From an uncultured Bacteroides sp. (GTDB lineage Bacteria > Bacteroidota > Bacteroidia > Bacteroidales > Muribaculaceae), in assembly GCA_964444345.1 (NCBI GenBank), contig CAYUGU010000001.1:6861-70860 (forward strand): DNA of 64,000 bases. Direction: 5' to 3'. The notes beneath the pieces were generated by a model that did no database searches, had not been told where the DNA came from, and was given only the letters and a program-made list of their open reading frames with translations. This document shows, piece by piece, positions 1-7,500 of the stretch. Every line of letters starts with the position of its first letter. Position 1 is the stretch's first letter. Both the position numbers and the translations under genes were made by a program.

Positions 1-221
1 TTAGAGGCGAGGGCTTCAAGTTCGGGCGCCGGGAGGGTGAAGCCGGAGATTATGGTGACCTCCTTGCCTCCGCGGCCTTTGCGCTCGTAGGCAATTGTCA
101 GTCGGTCAGCGGGTTTCTTCGCGGTCGGAGCGGGCGCTGCGGGTTCCGGGGTTTCGCCTTCGGGGAGACTCCCCGAGTTGAGAAGGGCGCCGAGGGCCCC
201 TTGCCAGTCATTGGATGCCAT
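1..221 (-). CDS. Translation initiation factor SUI1/YciH family, N-terminal part (gene continues past left edge)
   Basis: Absent from the ORF track because it has no stop in the window. Minus-strand ATG at 219-221, open to position 1: MASNDWQGALGALLNSGSLPEGETPEPAAPAPTAKKPADRLTIAYERKGRGGKEVTIISGFTLPAPELEALAS. The ERKGRGGKxVTxIxG core is the bacterial SUI1/YciH signature. The start overlaps the stop of ORF 208..702 by 14 nt. Confidence 0.7.
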   Translation of the reverse strand, partial: MASNDWQGALGALLNSGSLPEGETPEPAAPAPTAKKPADRLTIAYERKGRGGKEVTIISGFTLPAPELEALAS

Positions 222-702
222 GGGCGTGAAAACTGATTGAGTCGACGGTCGAGTCCTCGCCGTCGTCGTTGATTGAATAGACAACCCCGGCCTCGCGGGC
301 GCTTACGGGCCGCAGGAGTTGGGTGAGAAAACTGATGTAGCGATAGTCGTCGGAGGTCAGTTCGCGGACATAGGCCTCAGTGGCCTCCGGGGCCGAGTTC
401 AGGGCGTGGCGATAACATTTGAGGGCAAAGGCGGTGAACTCGTCTGATTTCTCGGAGTGTTCGCCTAGACGCACCATTGCGACGGCCAGGCCGCAAAGGC
501 GCTCAACTCGCATCGAGTCGACCACTCCCGAGCGGGCCGACATCAGTTCGTTAGCGTGGGCCATTGCAGCGTCAAAATTGCCGTTAGCCACCTGAGCGAC
601 AATCTCGTCGGCGGTCTTGTCGGGCGTATTTGCGGGCTTGCAGGCCCAGCAGAGGGCGGCGACAGCCACAAGGAAGATGAAGATAAGTTTTGGGTTAATC
701 AT
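208..702 (-). CDS. Hypothetical lipoprotein (helical, no recognised family)
   Basis: 164 aa. N-terminal signal peptide with a Cys-containing lipobox-like end (FLVAVAALCWAC). Coding-like composition, coupled to the downstream SUI1 gene. Confidence 0.6.
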   Translation of the reverse strand: MINPKLIFIFLVAVAALCWACKPANTPDKTADEIVAQVANGNFDAAMAHANELMSARSGVVDSMRVERLCGLAVAMVRLGEHSEKSDEFTAFALKCYRHALNSAPEATEAYVRELTSDDYRYISFLTQLLRPVSAREAGVVYSINDDGEDSTVDSISFHAHGIQ

Positions 703-706
703 AGCA

Positions 707-714
707 CAAAATTA
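707..714 (-). promoter_or_regulatory. Bacteroidetes -7 box TAATTTTG for ORF 208..702
   Basis: Plus strand reads CAAAATTA, which is TAATTTTG on the minus strand and matches the TAnnTTTG consensus. It lies only 4 nt upstream of the ATG (700-702), implying a leaderless or near-leaderless mRNA. Confidence 0.4.
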
Positions 715-750
715 GCGAAAATTCCGCTAACCGCCAAATTTTTCCTTGCC

Positions 751-799
751 GGTTTAGTGTTTATGGTTTATGGTTTAGTGTTTATGGTTTATGGTTATG
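751..799. repeat. Heptanucleotide tandem array, 6 units plus a partial unit: GGTTTAG TGTTTAT GGTTTAT x2 (21-nt higher-order unit)
   Basis: Direct reading: GGTTTAGTGTTTATGGTTTAT repeated twice, then GGTTATG. The last unit contains the stop codon (795-797) of the methyltransferase gene. Same unit family as the array at 63103-63228. Confidence 0.85.
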
Positions 800-1871
800 G
801 GATTGAGGTGAGGAAGAGGAGGAGGCGGCTGGTGGGGGCGGCGGTCAGGGCGAGGAGGCGGCGGGTGGAGGATTCGGTCGATTTGAGTCGTTTGGCGAGG
901 TCGGCGGCGGTTATGGGGAGATTTTTGACGGCTACGGAGGCTTGGATTTTTTCTTTGGCGAGTCGCTTGATTGTCGACGAACTGAATTCTTCGATGCGGT
1001 CGATGCGGTAGTTCTTGCCGGGGAAGTCGGGCCCGGGGTTGAGCCATAGGTGGGTGTCGGGGTGGAGTTTGCGGCCGGGGATGAGGGTCCAAGGGGCGGC
1101 TTTCATGACCGTGGGCCACGGTTCTCCGATTGTGTCGCCGAGGTTGATTTCGACGTCGTAGGGCGCGGGAGGAAGGAGGAGCGAGCGGCGGAACCGGAGG
1201 GTAGGGTGGCCGACGGTGTGGACGAGGATTTCGGGCTCGTCGACTGGACGGAGGCCTATTTCTGCGACTAATTCTTTACATTCGGCCGCAGTGCCCATCA
1301 CGTGGAGGCGCTCGGTCAGGGGAAGTTCGCGGAGCACACGGTCGATGTCGAGCATGGGCGACATCTTGACTATCACCTTCGGGGCGACGCGCTGAATTGC
1401 CGGCAGGAGTTCGACTATATCGGGTTGGCAATCGTGGAGTGAGAAGAGGCGGCGTCCGGAGGCGTCGCGCCGGGCGGGGTCGATAAAGGCCACGTCGAAG
1501 CGCTCCGTGCACTCCTTGAGCCAGAGGGTTGAGTCGGCACAGAGGGCCGTGACGTTGGTCAGGCCGAGGGCTGCGGCGTTGGGAAGAATGGCGTCGGCCA
1601 CGAGGGGGTCGCGGTCAATGGCCAGGACGGAGGAGGCGCGGCGGGCTATATGGAAGGCGTCGATTCCGAGGCCGCAGGTGAGGTCAACGACTTTGGCGCC
1701 TTCGGGGACCAGGAGGGCGTGGAGGTCGGCGAGGTCGTCGCCGGTCGATTGCTCGGCGCTCAGGGCCGTCGGGAACCGGAAGTCGGGAAATGACAATGTC
1801 GCCGCGAGTTTTTTGGCAACCCGCCGGCGACATTGGTTTTGAAAGTCTTGTTGGAAGTCTTTGCGGGCCAA
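795..1871 (-). CDS. Class I SAM-dependent methyltransferase (THUMP-like / RsmD-like family)
   Basis: 358 aa. SAM-binding motif VVDLTCGLGID followed by AIDRD and FIDPARR. No in-frame ATG in the first ~165 codons. A TTG at 1869-1871 directly abuts the prs stop codon (1872-1874), so the exact start is uncertain. Confidence 0.75.
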   Translation of the reverse strand: MARKDFQQDFQNQCRRRVAKKLAATLSFPDFRFPTALSAEQSTGDDLADLHALLVPEGAKVVDLTCGLGIDAFHIARRASSVLAIDRDPLVADAILPNAAALGLTNVTALCADSTLWLKECTERFDVAFIDPARRDASGRRLFSLHDCQPDIVELLPAIQRVAPKVIVKMSPMLDIDRVLRELPLTERLHVMGTAAECKELVAEIGLRPVDEPEILVHTVGHPTLRFRRSLLLPPAPYDVEINLGDTIGEPWPTVMKAAPWTLIPGRKLHPDTHLWLNPGPDFPGKNYRIDRIEEFSSSTIKRLAKEKIQASVAVKNLPITAADLAKRLKSTESSTRRLLALTAAPTSRLLLFLTSIP

Positions 1872-2816
1872 TTACTTGATGAGATACTGGCTTGAGATTG
1901 ACTCGTTGTTGTGGACGCGACGGATGGTGTCGGCGAAGAGATGGGCAACCGTGAGGATGGTGGCCTTTTTACATTCCTTGGTGAAGGGAATTGAGTTGGT
2001 GAACATCATTTCGCTGAGGGCGCAGGCGTCGACGCGTTCGGAGGCGGGGTCGCTCATAATTGCGTGGCTGCAGAGGGCGCGGACGCTCTTAGCGCCGTTT
2101 TCTTTCATAAGGTCGGCGGCTTTGGTGATGGTGCCGGCGGTGTCGACCATGTCGTCGATAATGATTACGTTCTTGTCCTTGACGTCGCCGATGACGGTCA
2201 TTTTCTCAACGACGTTGGCCTTTGCGCGCTGCTTGTGGCAGAGAATCAGGGGGACGTTGAAGAACTTGGCGTAGGAGTTGGCACGCTTTGCGCCGCCTAC
2301 GTCGGGCGAAGCAATCACGAGGTCTTCGAGTTTGAGGCTCTGGATGTAGGGGATGAAGACTGACGAGGCGTAGAGATGGTCAACAGGGACGTCGAAGAAG
2401 CCTTGAATCTGGTCGGCGTGGAGGTCCATAGTGATTACGCGGGTAACGCCGGCGGCGCTGAGGAGGTCAGCGACGAGTTTGGCGGCGATGCTCACGCGGG
2501 GCTTGTCCTTGCGGTCCTGGCGGGCCCAGCCGAAGTAGGGGATAACGGCAACCACCGAACGGGCCGATGCGCGCTTGGCGGCGTCGATCATCAGCAACAG
2601 TTCCATCAGGTTATCGGTATTGGGGAAGGTAGACTGAACGAGGTATACTTCACATCCGCGGATAGATTCTTCGAAACTTACTTCAAATTCGCCGTCGGCG
2701 AAGTGCTGGATGTTCATCTGTCCGAGGGGAACACCGAGGTCTTTACAGATTTCTTCGGCCATATAGCGCGACTTAGTGCCTGAAAACACCTTGAACGGTG
2801 GTAACTGTGAGTTCAT
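1872..2816 (-). CDS. prs: Ribose-phosphate pyrophosphokinase
   Basis: MNSQLPPFKVFSGTKSRYMAEEI..., DLHADQIQGFF, and the PRPP-binding loop VIIIDDMVDTAGT. The track ORF extends to 2900 but would then overlap the tRNA. ATG at 2814-2816 chosen. Confidence 0.93.
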   Translation of the reverse strand: MNSQLPPFKVFSGTKSRYMAEEICKDLGVPLGQMNIQHFADGEFEVSFEESIRGCEVYLVQSTFPNTDNLMELLLMIDAAKRASARSVVAVIPYFGWARQDRKDKPRVSIAAKLVADLLSAAGVTRVITMDLHADQIQGFFDVPVDHLYASSVFIPYIQSLKLEDLVIASPDVGGAKRANSYAKFFNVPLILCHKQRAKANVVEKMTVIGDVKDKNVIIIDDMVDTAGTITKAADLMKENGAKSVRALCSHAIMSDPASERVDACALSEMMFTNSIPFTKECKKATILTVAHLFADTIRRVHNNESISSQYLIK

Positions 2817-2861
2817 TGTGGTTGAAATTAGTGATTTAATAGGGTGTGAATGAATGATGAG

Positions 2862-2943
2862 TGCGCACGGGGGGACTCGAACCCCCACGTCTTGCGACAC
2901 CAGATCCTAAGTCTGGCGCGGCTACCAATTACGCCACGTGCGC
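2862..2943 (-). tRNA. tRNA-Leu, anticodon UAG (class II, long variable arm), no encoded CCA
   Basis: Reverse complement folds as a cloverleaf: acceptor GCGCACG/CGTGCGC, anticodon stem CCAGA/TCTGG with loop CTTAGGA (anticodon TAG), 13-nt variable arm TGTCGCAAGACGT, T-arm GGGGG-TTCGAGT-CCCCC, discriminator A. Confidence 0.93.
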
Positions 2944-2959
2944 CCGGGGTTTGCGACTG

Positions 2960-2967
2960 CAAAGTTA
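2960..2967 (-). promoter_or_regulatory. -7 box TAACTTTG upstream of tRNA-Leu
   Basis: Plus strand CAAAGTTA. The box ends 16 nt upstream of the mature tRNA 5' end. Confidence 0.4.
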
Positions 2968-3028
2968 CCAAAATTCGCGCAAGCGACCAAAAAATTGGCT
3001 TAAATTTTTTAGGTTCAAAAAAAATCCC

Positions 3029-3036
3029 TACCTTTG
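3029..3036 (+). promoter_or_regulatory. -7 box TACCTTTG upstream of the ECF sigma gene
   Basis: Matches TAnnTTTG. The GTG start at 3041 in the track lies at the predicted transcription start, which favours the ATG at 3056. Confidence 0.45.
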
Positions 3037-3055
3037 AAGCGTGAAAACGGAAGAA

Positions 3056-3589
3056 ATGTCGCTTGAAGAGCGCTTGCGCAATCCCGAAACGCGTCGCGGG
3101 GCGTTTGCTGACCTTATCAATAAGTTCAGCGAGCCTCTCTATTGGCAGATTCGCCGTATGGTTCAGAACCATGACGATACGGATGACCTTCTGCAGAACG
3201 TCTTTATGAAGGCGTGGCAGTCAATGGATATGTTTCGGGGCGAGGCGAAACTCTCGACCTGGCTCCATAAGATTGCTATCAACGAGGCGCTGACGTTTAT
3301 CCAGAATCGCCGCAAGCGGCAGACGGAGAGCCTCGACTCGGAGGAGAGCGCCGCCGCGCGCGCAATCGAGGCCGACGAATGGATCGACGGCGACGAGGCT
3401 GCCCTGGCCCTTCGCCGGGCCGTTGCGTCGCTCCCGGCCAAGCAGCAGTTGGTCTTCAACATGAAATACTTCGACGAGATGAAATATGAGGAGATTGCCG
3501 AGATTACGGGAACCTCCGTCGGCGCCCTCAAGACGTCTTATCATCTGGCCGTTAAAAAAATTGAGCAATTTTTAGAGTCGCAGGGTTAA
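3056..3589 (+). CDS. RNA polymerase sigma-70 family, ECF-type sigma factor
   Basis: About 177 aa. Region 2 (DDTDDLLQNVFMKAWQSMDMFRGEAKLSTWLHKIAINEALTF) and region 4 HTH (MKYEEIAEITGTSVGALKTSYHLAVKKI). Confidence 0.88.
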   Translation: MSLEERLRNPETRRGAFADLINKFSEPLYWQIRRMVQNHDDTDDLLQNVFMKAWQSMDMFRGEAKLSTWLHKIAINEALTFIQNRRKRQTESLDSEESAAARAIEADEWIDGDEAALALRRAVASLPAKQQLVFNMKYFDEMKYEEIAEITGTSVGALKTSYHLAVKKIEQFLESQG

Positions 3590-3636
3590 ACCTTCCGGCG
3601 CCGGCGGCGTCTAAGAGTTAAAAAGATATAAAAACT

Positions 3637-4044
3637 ATGAACGAAAACAACCATAAACCAAATCAGGCGGACCCTACGGCCGGTTGGCCCCGCAAGAGCG
3701 GGATGACCGTCCCTGAAGGTTATTTTGAGCAGTTTGCCTCGAAGATGATGGAGCGGATTCCGGCCGATGAGCCCCGGGTGGTTGAGATGCCCCCGCGGAG
3801 CCTCTGGCAGAAGGTGCGCCCCTACGTCTATATGGCGGCAATGTTTGCAGGCATTTGGCTGATGATGAATATGTTTACGCTCTTCTCGCCCGTCTCCTCG
3901 TCCTCGATTTCCGGCTCTTCGAGTTCGCTGCTGGCCGAGGTTAAGTCGTCGCAGTATATGGCTGATTATATGGCCGATATAAGCGACTATGACCTCTATG
4001 ACGACCTCTATGATTCCGGCTTCGACATCCCCGATTCGCTCTAA
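3637..4044 (+). CDS. Putative anti-sigma-like membrane protein
   Basis: 135 aa, directly after the ECF sigma gene. One central hydrophobic helix (VYMAAMFAGIWLMMNMFTLF) and the PEGYFEQF motif common in Bacteroidetes genes that follow ECF sigma genes. The functional call rests on context. Confidence 0.5.
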   Translation: MNENNHKPNQADPTAGWPRKSGMTVPEGYFEQFASKMMERIPADEPRVVEMPPRSLWQKVRPYVYMAAMFAGIWLMMNMFTLFSPVSSSSISGSSSSLLAEVKSSQYMADYMADISDYDLYDDLYDSGFDIPDSL

Positions 4045-4061
4045 TTTAAAAAGTACTTGAT

Positions 4062-4544
4062 ATGAAACACCTTCTTTTAGCGCTTCTGATGGCGTTGGCC
4101 ACGATGCCCGTTTTTGCCCAGCCGAAAAATCATTCCAAGCCTGACCGCAAGGAGTGGATGGCTAAGATGCGCGAGGTTAAGCATGACTTCATAGCCAAAG
4201 AACTCCAACTGACCGACGCCCAGAAAAAGGACTTTTTTGAGGTCTACGATAAATGGCAGGCTGCCCGCCACGGAGTTGAGCAAGACGCCCGCCAACGCGA
4301 AAAGGCCGTCGAGGAGAAGGGCGATGCGGCCACCGATGCCGAACTTGACGCCGTGATTGCCGACCAGTTCGCGGTTGAGGAGCGCCTCTCGAAGGTCGAT
4401 AAGGAGTATCTGCCACAGTTGCGAAAGACGCTGACCCGTCGCCAGTTGTCGAAGATGAAGCACGCCGAGCGAAAGTTCCTGCGCAAACTGATGGATAAGC
4501 ATAACGATTCCGCTCCCGGCCAGCACAGGAAGCAAGGAAAATGA
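4062..4544 (+). CDS. Periplasmic Spy/CpxP-like (LTXXQ motif) protein
   Basis: 160 aa. Signal peptide (LALATMPVFAQ), helical and charged, LTDAQ motif (LQLTDAQKKDFFEVYDKW). Confidence 0.6.
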   Translation: MKHLLLALLMALATMPVFAQPKNHSKPDRKEWMAKMREVKHDFIAKELQLTDAQKKDFFEVYDKWQAARHGVEQDARQREKAVEEKGDAATDAELDAVIADQFAVEERLSKVDKEYLPQLRKTLTRRQLSKMKHAERKFLRKLMDKHNDSAPGQHRKQGK

Positions 4545-4591
4545 AGAGTTTTTAAGGCCCGCCGAGGCCTTGCCAGTCAAAACCAACACAT

Positions 4592-7500
4592 ATGAAGAAG
4601 TCGATTTTTATTGTCATACTTATGTCAATATTCTCTAATTTATCGGGTTTGGGGGCACAGCCTGCCAAACCCGATTTTGCTTTTCCGAAGACCGTCAGCA
4701 AGAACGCCGAGGCCGACCTCAAGACGGCGCTCCACGCCAAAAACGGCCCGGCAACCCTTAACGCCCTGATTCGCTACTCGTTGGCTCAGACGGCCATTAA
4801 CCCCGACGATACGGAGAAGGTCAGCGAATATCTCCAAAAGACTTCGGCCAAGGTCTCTGACCCCGCCACGAAGGCTATGATTCGCCTGCTGGAGGCCGAG
4901 ATGACCCATGATTCGAACATGGCTCTTGAGGTTTGGCAGCAGCAGGCCGACGCGCTCAAGTCGCAGCCCGTGGAGGATTGGAAAGAGGTCGTCGTGGCTC
5001 AGCCGCAGTTCTTCCCTACGCTCTATGACTTTGCTGCCGTGAAGGCGCCGTTTGACTCCGTATCTCTTGCTATGTCGGAATTTTACGCCGAGCGCCCTCT
5101 TCCGCGCCTCTACTGGCTCATTGGCGGAGGCTTCTCCTCGCGCGAAACCCTTCTGAAAAACTATCAGCAGATGAAGTCTTACCCCGAGTCGGCCTATATG
5201 CTCGCCGATTTGCTCAATAAGGGGTCGCAACCCAGGGAATACGCCGAACTTTACGGCCTGATGCAGGAATGGATTGCGCTCCACGGCTCCTCGCCCTATC
5301 GCAGCGATGTCGACAATATGGTTAAGCATATTTGCTATCCGATGCTCTCCGTGGAGTCGGCCGACGTGATTGCCAAGGGTAAGACTCTGAAAGTCAAGGT
5401 CACGGCTACCTGCCTCAACGCCGGCACGCTCCGCATTCAGCAGGTTAAGGGCACGGGTGCCCGCTCTGAAAGCATCAAACTGAACTTTGAGGGCACGGGC
5501 TACTTCAACGCCGACACGACGCTTGAACTGCGTTTTGATAACTATGGCGTCTATCGCCTGACTCCCGAGTTTGACGGCCTTGATAAGAAGGACCGAAGTA
5601 GTTATTGCGAAGTGACCGTAACCGACCTCCTTCTTTGGCGTGAAACCTTTGGTTCCAAGACCTTTAACTATGCTCTGGACGCCCTCAACGGCGCCTTGCA
5701 GACCGATGTGGAAATTGCCGAGGTTGACCGTCGGCTCCACGGCTACAGGGGCGCCGACCGGTTTACGCCGTCGCTCTGGGCCGGCAAGCGGTACGATTAC
5801 CGGCAGGGGGAGCGCCTGTATGCGCGGGTCTTCACCGACCGCGGAATCTATCATCCGGGCGATAGCCTCCGCTTCGCCGCGACGATTATTGAACTCAAGG
5901 GGCGCAACTCCTCTCTCGTCGCGGGCCGAAAGGTTGATGCAATCCTATATAACGCTAATCATAAGGCGGTCGACACTCTTTCGCTGACCTCCGACAACTT
6001 CGGGCGCGTCAACGGCCAATTTTTGCTTCCCTCCGACGGCCTTACGGGCAATTTCAGCGTAGAGATTCCCCGCCTCGGCTCCGCCTATGTAACCGTCACT
6101 GACTATAAGGCGCCGACCTTTGAGGTGAAGGTTGATTGCGAGCGTATTTCCGCGACTTTAATCCGCGTTTCGGGCGAGGCTATCGGCTTTAACGGCTTCC
6201 CGATTTCCGACGCCGAGGTCGATATCCTCGTTGACCAACTCCCCCGCTGGGTCTGGTTCCGCAACTTCCGCAACGAGGTAGAGAAAGATATTACGTCCGC
6301 TACGGCCCGCACCGGTGCCGACGGCCGGTTTAGCCTCGACCTGGAGATTCCCGACTGCTCCGACGAGAGCCTGAGCGTCAGGGCAATAGCCGCCTCGCCC
6401 ACCGGCGAGACTCAGGAGGATTTTGCCTTCGTACCCGCTAAGCCTTATTATATCTCTGCCGAGATTCCGACCTATCTGGAGCGGAGCCAAGCCCCGACAA
6501 TCCGCGCGCTCGACGCCAAGGGCAATGAGGCGAAGATTCCGCTGAGGGTTGAACTTATTTCGCAGGCTTACAGTGCCGTAGTCATAGCCGACTCAACCTG
6601 GACCAATGTCCCCTCCGGGCTTTATAATGTGAAGATTACGGCCGAGAACGATTCGCTCGCCTTCCCCTATACGCAAAACAGCGTCTATGTCTACGGCCTG
6701 AAGGATAAGATGCCTCCGGCCGAGATGAGTCTGTTCGTGCCTCAGCGCAAGGTTGCCCCCGGCGATAAACTTCTTGTTGGCACCTCGTTTGCCGACTCGC
6801 ATATCTTGAAAACCATCTGGACCGACGAGCGGATTCTTTCGCAGGAATGGCTCGCGCCCGCTCAGGGCAATATGCAGATGAAAGTGGAGTTGCCCGACTC
6901 GGTCAAGTCGGCGAAAATCACGCTGATGACCCTCCGCAACTATCAGACGGAGGTTGTATATATAGATGTGGAACGCCCTGATATTCTTTGGTCGTTGAAC
7001 CTGAAGTTCAGTTCGTTCCGCGACCGTATGGTTCCGGGCGAGCGCGAACGGTGGACAATCTCCGTTGCCGATAATCTCGGACAACCCGCTGAGGCGGCCG
7101 TGATGCTCGATGTCTATTCCAAGGCATTGGACGCCATTATGCCGTTCGGGTGGAGTTTTAACCTGATTCACCCCGGAGGCAACCATCTGAATCTCGACTA
7201 TTGGTTTACGCGCGACATATCGGCCTCCAACGCAAAGTATTTTTATATCAAAAAACCGCTACGAATCTCTGTTCCTACCTTTGAACTCTACGGCCGCAGT
7301 TGGTCTTTTATAATGGCGCTTGAGTATCAAAACGTCGCGTTTGGGTCGGCCTCTGTGATGATGATGGAGCCGGACATTGCAGTTGTAAGGGAACTCAAGT
7401 CGGCTCCAACCGCTGCCTCAGGGGCGTTTGGCGATTTTGCATCAGCCGATACTTCGGAGGCGGAAATGTACGATGAGGGCGCCGAAAATGGCGCCGCCGC

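Noticed and set aside
775-1119. Pro/Arg-rich ORFs (775-1119 minus, 556-1011 plus) around the first heptamer array
   Set aside because: They overlap the methyltransferase and lipoprotein genes and run across the repeat. Their composition is a translation artefact.
2817-2900. N-terminal extension of prs in the ORF track (start at 2900)
   Set aside because: It would overlap the tRNA-Leu gene (2862-2943) on the same strand. The conserved Prs N-terminus begins at the ATG at 2816.
4640-5854. 404-aa ORF antisense to the 1675-aa A2M-like gene
   Set aside because: It lies entirely within a much longer, motif-bearing ORF on the opposite strand. Its translation is Gly/Arg/Ala/Leu-rich, typical of antisense frames in GC-rich DNA, and it has no recognisable motifs or promoter box.
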